Source: Eledone cirrhosa (Eukaryota). Taken from it: 64,000 bases of DNA. Both the position numbers and the translations under genes were made by a program. The stretch is from contig OZ024765.1 of assembly GCA_964016885.1 (NCBI GenBank), positions 5,208,001 to 5,272,000 on the forward strand, given 5' to 3'. The notes beneath the pieces were generated by a model that was not told the DNA's origin, made no database searches, and saw only the letters and a program-made list of their open reading frames with translations. Shown here one piece after another: positions 54,851 through 64,000 of the stretch (position 1 is the stretch's first letter; each line of letters begins with the position of its first letter).

Positions 54851-56024
54851 TACACACACACACACATACGCACATATATATCCATTCACACATATAGACA
54901 TACTTACACATTTATATATATATACATACATATACACACACGCATATACACACACGTATTTATACTCACACATACATGTATATATTCACACGCTAATATG
55001 TACACACATACAGACTCCGATGCATACACACAAACATACATACACACAATCACACATACACACATATACACACAATCATACATACCTTCCTTTTTTCATC
55101 ATCACCACCACCACTACCACAACAAACACCACCACCATCACCACCTCCGCCACCATCACCACTACCACAACAAACACCACCACCATCACCACCTCCGCCA
55201 CCACCACCTTCGCTACCACCACCATCACCATTATAATCCCCACTACCACAACAAACACCACCACCACTACCACCACCACCACTATCATCATCACCACCAC
55301 CATCACCACCACCACCACCATCATCATCACCACCACCACTACCACCAACATCACCACCACTACCATCATCACCACCACCACCACCACTACCATCATCACC
55401 ACAACAAACACCACCATCACCACCACCATCACCACCACTACCACCACCAACATCACCACCACTACCATCATCACTACCATCATCACCACAACAAGCACCG
55501 TCATCACCATCACTACCGCAACAAACACCACCACCACCACCAACACCACCACCACCACCATCACTACCACAACAAACACCACCACCACCACTATCACCAC
55601 CACTACCATCATCATCACCACCACAACAAACACCACCACCACCACCATCATCATCATCATGATATCAGCTGTTATGCGATGAACGAGAAAGAGGCTGTAA
55701 GCATTGGCAGATATTACTTCCGCGTGGTCTGGTGTTGATGTGCGGGTGGTGGTAGGGGGGGGCGGGTTCTAAGAAGAGGGAGGAGGTATGGCGGAGAGGG
55801 AGGGAGAGAGAAGGGGATGAAAAGGAGAGTAAGGGAAAACAAGACGGGGAGGGGGTAGGAAAATGAAGAAGTTTGGGAGTAGTGGGAGAGTAAAAGTGTG
55901 AGAGGAATAGATAGAAGAGAGAGAGGAGGAGAAAGGAGAGAGAGGAGAAAGAAAAGAGAGAGAAAGAGGGATAGACTGAGGTTTTGTGTGTGAAAGAAAA
56001 AGAGTTTTTAAGAGAAGAATTGTG

Positions 56025-56108
56025 TGTGTGAAGGCTTATACGGTATGTTTATGTGTAATAAACAGTCTTGCTGTGTGTGTGTATGTTTATGTGTAATAAA
56101 CAGTCTTG

Positions 56109-56139
<31 letters not shown>

Positions 56140-56242
56140 AAGGCTTATACGGTATGTTTATGTGTAATAAACAGTCTTGCTGTGTGTGTGTGTGTGTGTG
56201 TGAAGGCTTATACGGTATGTTTATGTGTAATAAACAGTCTTG

Positions 56243-56285
<43 letters not shown>

Positions 56286-56483
56286 GGCTTATACGGTATG
56301 TTTATGTGTAATAAACAGTCTTGCTGTGTGTGTGTGTGTGTAATAAACAGTCTTGCTGTGTGTGTGTGTGTGTGTGTGAAGGCTTATACGGTATGTTCAT
56401 GTGTAATAAACAGTCTTGCTGTGTGTGTGTGTGTGTGTGTGTGAAGGCTTATACGGTATGTTCATGTGTAATAAACAGTCTTG

Positions 56484-56518
<35 letters not shown>

Positions 56519-56627
56519 GGCTTATACGGTATGTTTATGTGTAATAAACAGTCTTGCTGTGTGTGTGTGTGTGTGTGTGAAGGCTTATACGGTATGTTCA
56601 TGTGTAATAAACAGTCTTGCTGTGTGT
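56025..56627 (+). repeat. ~42-bp constant unit interspersed with variable (TG)n
   Basis: GAAGGCTTATACGGTATGTT(T/C)ATGTGTAATAAACAGTCTTGC(TG)n, ~10 copies. Confidence 0.93.
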
Positions 56628-56919
56628 TAAGCTGTGACCATGTCACAACTATCTCAGTAATTGGGTGAGAAGGCCAGACACTGGTGTTTCAGCTTCCTTA
56701 ATCCATCATCATAGACATCCTTGCCTCGTCAGCCACTTTACTGGCAGTGCAGTTTTGCGCATTATCTTGACACGGCTCTTGAAATGCCAGTTTGTGCAAC
56801 ACGAGGAATGCAATTTCGTGCACAATGGCTTTATTGCCTAATACTGAGTCCAGGCTGCAGCACAGCTTGAACAAAGAAGAGTCTTTCGACTAGAACAGCA
56901 AAAGTGCAGCTTTCTTCCT

Positions 56920-57490
56920 TTCGAGGTCGATAAATAAAGTATTAGTCATTACTGGAGTTGATGTAATCAACATTCTCTTTGACAAATGCCTTGCAGTATT
57001 GAGGTACACATTTCTACGTTCTGAGTTCAAATCCCACTTGGGTTAACTTTGCCATTTATCCTTCTGCGGTCAATAAAATTGACAATAAAAGTACCAGTTA
57101 TATACTGGTGTTCATATAATCAACTTACACTTCTCCTCACAAGTTGCTGGCCCTGTGCCTGAAATGGAAACCATTATTAAAATAAAGTACCAGTAATACA
57201 CTGGGATTATTGCTGGCCTTGTGCCTGAAATGGAAACCATTATTAAAATAAAGTACCAGTAATACACTGGTATTATTGCTGGCCTTGTGCCTAAAATAGA
57301 AACCATTATTAAAAGAGGCGGTGGATTGGCAGTCATTTGAGCACCAGTCATGTTTAGTAGTAATGAGGTTAACTTTATCCTCCTTCTGGGGTCAATAAAA
57401 TAAAGTACCAGTCATGTAGTGGGGTCGATAGAATTGACTTGGACCTCTCTCTTACAAATTGCTGGCCTTGTGCCTAAATTAAAAACCATT
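56920..57490 (+). mobile_element. Cluster of Meta-like SINEs with tandemly duplicated 3' ends
   Basis: AAATAAAGTACCAGTAATACACTGG..GCTGGCCTTGTGCCT repeated. Confidence 0.8.
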
Positions 57491-58325
57491 ATGACACAGT
57501 TGGTGGTGCTGGTGGCGGTGGTCGTGGTTGTGGTGGTGGAGGTGGTGTTAGTGCTGGTGGTGGTGGTCGTGGTTGTGGTGGTGGAGGTGGCGTTAGTGCT
57601 GGTGGTGGTGGTCGTGGTTGTGGTGGTGGAGGTGGTGTTAGTGCTGGTGGTGGTGGTGTTAGTGGTGGTGCTGGTGGCGGTGGTTGTGGAGGCGGTGGTC
57701 GTGGTGGCGGTAGTTGTGGCGGTGCAGGTGGTCGTGGTGGCGGTAGTTGCGGTGGTGGAGGTGGTGCTGGTGGCCGTGGACGTGGTCGTGGAGGCGGTGG
57801 TCGTGGTGGCGGTAGTTGTGGCGGTGGAGATGGTCGTGGTGGCGGTAGTTGCGGTGGTGGAGGTGGTGCTGGTGGCGGTGGTCGTGGTGGCGGTCGTGGT
57901 GGCGGTGGTGGTTGTGGGGGGGGGGGGGGATGCCGGTGGTTGTGGTGCTAGGGATTTAAACAGAGAGCGGCTTTACCGTCAGGATACGGTGGAATATTGT
58001 TTTGCCTGATCTGCCATGTCGTGTTGCCTTCCATGTTGTTGTGGGAAGCCATATTGAAATATTAGATATACATAAACCCCCCAGCCCGCTTCTCATAATG
58101 GAGTAGAAACGCACGTAGAAGGCGATGGTGAAGGGACGACAGATTAGGGCAGGGCGGGGAAGTAACTGTGGCTGAGTGGGGTGGGATGGTGTGATGGAGG
58201 CGACTAGAGGCGTTAGTTTACCAACTAGCGGCCAGTTTGACTGTCTCTTCTATTATTACAGTTCTACATTCAGGGACGTCTCCCACACATCAGTGTTGGA
58301 TCCCTGCAGTAACTGGCTTTCACAG

Positions 58326-58375
<50 letters not shown>

Positions 58376-58465
58376 TGCCCCCTCGTTATCGAGTATGGCC
58401 ATTGCACGAAAAAAACCCATAATAACGACAATAATAATAACTATATATATATATATATATATATA

Positions 58466-58696
58466 ACGAAGGAAATGTGGTAAGGAACCAGATGGACCAT
58501 AACGCACCAAAGTACTCAATACTTAGGGTAGTAGAGTGGGTAATAAGAACGAGTAGGACCCCGACGGCCGAGCTCAAGCCGTTTCGACGGCTAATTCTGG
58601 ACTAAATTAAAATTTTTATCCAGGATAAAAATTTTCATTTAGTCCAGAATTAGCCGTCGAAACGGCTTGAGCTCGGCCGTCGGGGTCATACTCGTT

Positions 58697-58700
<4 letters not shown>
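58466..58700 (-). mobile_element. Family A fold-back copy 4 (longest palindrome)
   Basis: Centre AAAATTTTTATCC-A-GGATAAAAATTTT. Confidence 0.88.
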
Positions 58701-58731
<31 letters not shown>

Positions 58732-58793
58732 TCACACATATACATATCTATATATATATATATACACACACACAGACACACACACGATAACAA

Positions 58794-59860
58794 TTAACAG
58801 TGCTGCGATCGAATGTGGCTTTTTAGCCCAGCCAATGATCTAAAATGTCTTGCACAGAGTTGGCAACCAAAACATTCACTGGGAATAGCCGGCTGTGGTT
58901 GGAGTTCATGTACTTTTGCATGTAATTTGAGCCCTCCTGCTGATTTACATTCTCTACCACATGCTTGGCAGGTATAGTGAGTTTCATCTCTAACAGCAGC
59001 CTGGTAGTCAACCGCTGGTCTCACTTTATGACTGCGAAGATGACTTTCGAGTTCAGCTTTACTTAGGCAGTCTCGCACAGAAATGCATGTCAGCGCCATA
59101 GGAGTACCTTGGCTGCTTGGAAATGCAACAGTAATACCCTTCCTCACATCCCTCTTTACTTTCTCGTATGCGATTCGAGATGCCTCAAAGGCAACTTTCC
59201 CCTCATATACAGTCTTTCTCCATTTATTACGATCAGCAGCAATATTCTCCCAAATATCAGCAGAGATGTTAGCGTCTTTCAAAGAGGCTTTCAACGAATC
59301 CTTATACCTCTTCTTTGGTTTATGTGGAGGTCGTTTTCCTTTAACTAACTCTCCATAAAAGAGTTGTTTTGGTATTCTAGAATCCTTCATCCTGGCATGG
59401 TGACCACTCCAACGGAGTCGTTGCTTAAGCACAAGAGTTTCTATACTGTCACACAGAGAGCTTGCCAAAATCTCGACATCACTGATGTGGTCCCTCCAGT
59501 GAACGCCATGGATCTGTCTGAGACACATCTGATGGAAATGCTCCAATTGTTTAAGGTGGTGTCGATATGTGACCCAGGTCTCGCAGGTATAAAGAAGAGA
59601 AGAGAGCACACATACCTTGTACACCTTTACCTTTGTCTTCTTGCATATGTCTCGCCGACCCCAGAGTCGCCTTTCTAGCTTTCCGAAAGCATCACTTGGA
59701 TCACTTGCTTTCCTAATCCTGAGTGGAATTTCATTATCAAGGTTGCGGTATCGATTGAAAGTGCTTCCCAGGAAGACAACTGATCAACCACTCCAAGTCG
59801 TTTACCATACACCCTAGATATTTGGCTCACTGTACTGCTTACCAGGGGCAGGTTGGTACA
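58794..59860 (-). mobile_element. RTE/BovB-like LINE 3' fragment: RT C-terminus plus three C2H2 zinc fingers
   Basis: VYKVCVLSSLLYTCETW..QRLRWSGHHARMKDSRIPKQLFYGEL..KRYKDSLK; CQACGREC..LKLHAKVH, CQLCARHF..LKSHIRSQH. Confidence 0.92.
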
Positions 59861-60714
59861 TTCAAAAATTCATCAAAATAACAACCACCACCACCACCAC
59901 TACACAACAACAACCACCACAACAACAACAACCATCACCACTACCAAAATAATAACAACAACAACCACCACCACAACTCTTAGTTGACAACACCGTAGTT
60001 CCGTCTCTGGAAATTATCTTTTTACCTTGATTATGATCCCCTCCCCCCCACAGTTGACGCCATGGAGTCTAAAACTAAACAAGCTGATCCCGTTTTCTTC
60101 GCCCCCTCCACCCTCTCTCCCCTCCATCACCCTCCACCCTCTCTCCCCTTCATCACCCCCTACCGCCCCCTAATTAGAGAAAAACCCGATAAAAACAATC
60201 AAACCTTTTGTTTATTTTGCTGTTTTTATTCGTTCAGGAGAAAAATCTTTAATTAATTAGTAAATAAAATTAATAAAACAACCAAATAAACAGGAAAATA
60301 AACATCAACGAAGAAAAAATATTTTGAGTTTCAAAAAAAAAATATATATATATAAAAATAAGAAAACAAAAAAGAGGAAAAATAGAAAAATAAATAAAAT
60401 TGAAGATATTCTGTTTCTAGTTGTGACCCCCCCCCCCCCCCCGCCCCTCTTCAGATCAATCACAATCACGTGATCACTGTAAGTTTAACAGGAAACCCTA
60501 AATACAGACTTTCTGATTCCTCCATTGTGTTTCTATTTGTTTTCTTGGTTGGTGGTGGTGGTGTTGTTGTTGTTGTTGTTGGTGGTGGTTGTGTTGGGGG
60601 GGGGGGGGGTTCATCACAGATATGATCGTCATCATCATCATCGTCATCATCATACACGCACATTCAATCTGTTATATTCACGTTGGTTTATTTCTTAATA
60701 CTGTATTGGTTTCT

Positions 60715-60823
60715 TATATAGACACAAGGTCAACAATTTTGGGGGAGGGGAAAGTCGATTAAATCGACCCCAGTGCATTACTGGTACTTTATTTTATCGA
60801 CCTCGTAAGGATGAAACGCAAAG
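60715..60823 (-). mobile_element. Meta-like SINE fragment
   Basis: Family motifs present. Confidence 0.8.
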
Positions 60824-60825
60824 CT

Positions 60826-61690
60826 CTCTTAGATAGACACTTCCCCATAGGTCACAAATACCGCGCCATCTTTAACAGACACAAGGTGAAACTAGGATAC
60901 TCCTGAGCTAAGAATATGAAGGCCCACATCACCAACAGCCCTAAGAGCAGCATCCCACCAGGATGCTCTTGTCGAAAGCCTGAAGCTTGTCCCCTTCAAC
61001 AACAATGCAACACACCCGCTGTAGTTTATGAAGCTGTGGTCACTTCTAATCGATCAAATCAACAACAACAGGTCAAATCCTGTGTAGGTATGGTGGAGGG
61101 CTGGTTTAAGGAACGTTTCCTGAACCATCTGTCGACCTTCAGATACCTGGACAAACGATCGTCCACGAAACTCGCGAGCCACGTATGGTCCCTCAAGGCC
61201 ACAGTCGTGGATTACTCCATCCAATGGAAAGTTATTACTAAGTCTAAGCCATACAGAAATGGGAATCCGTCTTGTGAGCTGTGCATTGAAGAAAGAATCA
61301 ATAACCCGACAAGATGGCGTAATAGCGCTTGTCTAAATCCAAGGAATGAACTTTTTTCACGTTGTCCACACAACTGGAAGCACCTATTACGTAATTACAA
61401 AGTTTCAGACTGACTAACATGAACAATCTATAATATTCTGGACTGAATAAGATGAATAATATATAATTATTCCGAGCATCCACAGTTCTCTCCTTCACGT
61501 CGATCGTAGGTTTACCTCCCCTTTAGGAAGTGATTGTTCCTGCATATGCGTATTCGTACGGTTGTTTTTCCTTTTCCGTACAAACCGAGCTGATGATCCG
61601 AATAAGGCGAAACAATTGTTCTCGCTAAGGTGAACTAACTGTTGTGGAACTACTTCTACCCTACCTAACTCGTCCCATGGATAGGGAGTG
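60826..61690 (+). mobile_element. 5'-truncated Neptune-type Penelope-like element: linker, GIY-YIG endonuclease (ORF 60916-61413) and 3' region
   Basis: LLDRHFPIGHKYRAIFNRHKVKLGYS*; CSCRKPEACPLQQQC; VVYEA..CVGMVEGWFKERFLNH..STKLASHVWSLK..CELCIEE..LNPRNELFSRCPH. Confidence 0.92.
61586..61624 (+). ncRNA. Minimal hammerhead ribozyme in the Neptune 3' region
   Basis: CGAG-CTGATGA-TCC GAATAA GGC-GAAA-CAATTG-TT-CTCG. Confidence 0.85.
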
Positions 61691-62335
61691 AGATAGATAT
61701 ATAAACACAAACACACACACAGACACACACGCACACGCACACACACACGCACATACATACATACAGACACACAAACACACACACATTACGACTATATATA
61801 TATATATATATGTGTGTGCATGTACGTACGTATGTATGTATGCATATTCATTCATTACGGATATATATATATATAAACACACACACACACATATATGAAC
61901 ACACACACACGCACACATATATATATATAAACACACAGACACACACACACACACACACACATATATGTGTATGTGCGTCTCCATCTGAGTTTTAAGGCAG
62001 TTTATGATGTGTGTCACTGAATAATTCATAACTCTATTACATAGGGAGAGAGAGAGAGCAGCAGAGAGGGGGGGGGGGAATTAGGTCATGATTAGTTGAA
62101 CATCAATCAGTTTGGTGTGTCCCTCTATTTACTACTAACCACCCACGGCCCCTACTGAAACAGCTGCCACACTCTCCCTCTCTCCATCTCTACCTCTCTC
62201 TCTCTCTCTCTCTCTCCCTGTCTCTTGCTTGACCTCTCTAAGTGGGTGGAAGTTCATTGACACCCACCCACCAATTATATGCATATAATATGTACATATG
62301 TATATATCTTATGAACACACACACACACTCTCCCT

Positions 62336-62398
<63 letters not shown>

Positions 62399-62750
62399 CT
62401 TGAGAAGAGGTGAGTCCTGTCAGGTTTTAAGAAATGCTCAAGAAAAGTGTACATGACTCAACAATGTAAACAAAACACCGTAAACCTTCACTTGAAATCC
62501 CTTGCTAAACCAACCCCGGCCTACAATCCTGCTTTAGTAAACCAACTATGGACCACAATAGCCACCAAATGGGGGAAGACAGGTGTTATCAAGCTGCAGC
62601 TGTCAATATTACCTAGTTTCTGTATAATAGAACTATTATTACCTGCAGTGACCACATTACGTTGTACGTTGTTTGCGTGTCTCAAACTATAAACTCCCTA
62701 TATATAAATACACAAGCACACACATACATATGTGTGTGTGTGTGTGTGTG

Positions 62751-62787
<37 letters not shown>

Positions 62788-62789
<2 letters not shown>

Positions 62790-62981
62790 GAAGGAAATGT
62801 GGTAAGGAACCAGGTGGACCATAACGCACCAAAGTACTCAATACTTAGGGTAGTAGAGTGGGTAATAGGAACGAGTAGGACCCCGACGGCTGAGCTCAAG
62901 CCGTTTCGACGTTTCGAGCTCAGTCCAGAATTAGCCGTCGAAACGGCTTGAGCTCAGCCGTCGGGGTCCTACTCGTTCCTA
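62788..62981 (-). mobile_element. Family A fold-back copy 5
   Basis: Same tail; asymmetric loop GTTTCGACG-TTTCGAGCTCAGTCCAGAATTAGC-CGTCGAAAC. Confidence 0.85.
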
Positions 62982-63202
62982 TATATATATATATATACAC
63001 CCATGTATGTGTATATATGCAGTGTCTACAGTGCTAAGCCCGGAAAGACCGCTCATTACAGTCGTGCTCAATGCCACAGCAACAAAAGACGATGCAGAGT
63101 TGGTATATATATATATTTAGCAAGGAACTATTCTAGCGTGAAATCCTACCGTTTCTGCTCGTGACTTCACACATACAGAAATATATGATAGGGGAGAACC
63201 AC

Positions 63203-63233
<31 letters not shown>

Positions 63234-64000
63234 GAAAAGGTGGCTAGCTGAGGAGAGAGGTTGATGGGGTGTCCACCATCTTCTGAATTCGTGGTATCGA
63301 TGTGGTTTTTATTTTCACTTTATTAATCCAGTAGGTTATATATGGGAAAGAAAGAAAGGAACCACCCATCACCGCAGGCTCTATTGAGAAAACCCCTTTT
63401 TCTCTTAACAACAGCAGCAGTTACTCCCCGTTTATATCTACCGCCACATTCACCTATTTTTTGTTTTCTTTTCTTTTTCTTTTTCTTTTTCTTTTTCTTT
63501 ATTTTCTTCTTCTTCACCAGCATCTCGCTATCATTGCCACCAACAACATCATCACCATCATCACTACCATCACCACCCACATCATCATCACCGCCATCAG
63601 CATCACTACCATCATCATCACCATCATCTGGTCTCTTGTTTTTACACCACACTTCCAATTTTAACCTTTTTCTTCTTCTTCGCCACACCCAACAGTCTCC
63701 CTCTCTCTCTCTCTCTCCCCCCTCTCTCTCCCAGTCTCTCAACCCCTCCCCTTCTCTCTCCCGTGTCACCACACTATTTTGATGTGCCACCTCAGTAAAA
63801 GGCGGCACACGTGTCTCTCTACTTCCTCCGTGTCTCCGTGTCTCAGTGTGTCACCTCACGCAGGCGTCACGACTCTTCATCGACGCCGCAGGCAACCCTG
63901 GCCGAAATATTATAGAGATAACATTTACAAACAAAACATTGACACACACACACACTCTCACACACAGACACAGACACATACACACACTCTCACACAGACA

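Noticed and set aside
52186-55738. Long 375-640 aa ORFs (mucin-like, proline- or His-rich)
   Set aside because: Concatenated microsatellites lacking stop codons; likewise 10743, 31419, 39876-41307 and 41522-44116
56025-56627. CRISPR-like array (constant repeat plus variable spacer)
   Set aside because: Spacers are only (TG)n, there are no cas genes and the context is eukaryotic; the same applies to 41150-41490 and 48800-49170
58794-59624. Host C2H2 zinc-finger gene
   Set aside because: Fingers are fused to an RTE RT tail that has upstream stop codons

Overview
Eukaryotic, AT-rich DNA saturated with microsatellites. I found no recognisable host protein-coding gene, and nearly all supplied ORFs are simple-repeat artefacts. 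The repeat content points to a coleoid cephalopod (octopus-like) intergenic or intronic region; this is an inference. It includes tRNA-derived Meta-like and CORE-like SINEs, RTE and Dong/R4 LINE fragments, two Penelope-like (Neptune-type GIY-YIG) remnants and a pogo/Tigger-like MITE. The unique islands between (TA)n tracts are mostly short non-coding Penelope-derived units with a recurring design. (i) They carry a minimal type-I hammerhead ribozyme with a palindromic stem III; about 10 are complete or near-complete, plus several partial ones. (ii) They have a fold-back inverted duplication whose turn-around often lies at the ribozyme. (iii) The long arm alone carries a 3' tail that begins with a covarying bulged hairpin, RCTC-stem-loop-stem-(TN)-GAGY, shared by about 9 otherwise dissimilar families and placed just after the point where the short arm joins (TA)n. 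All structures were folded by eye.
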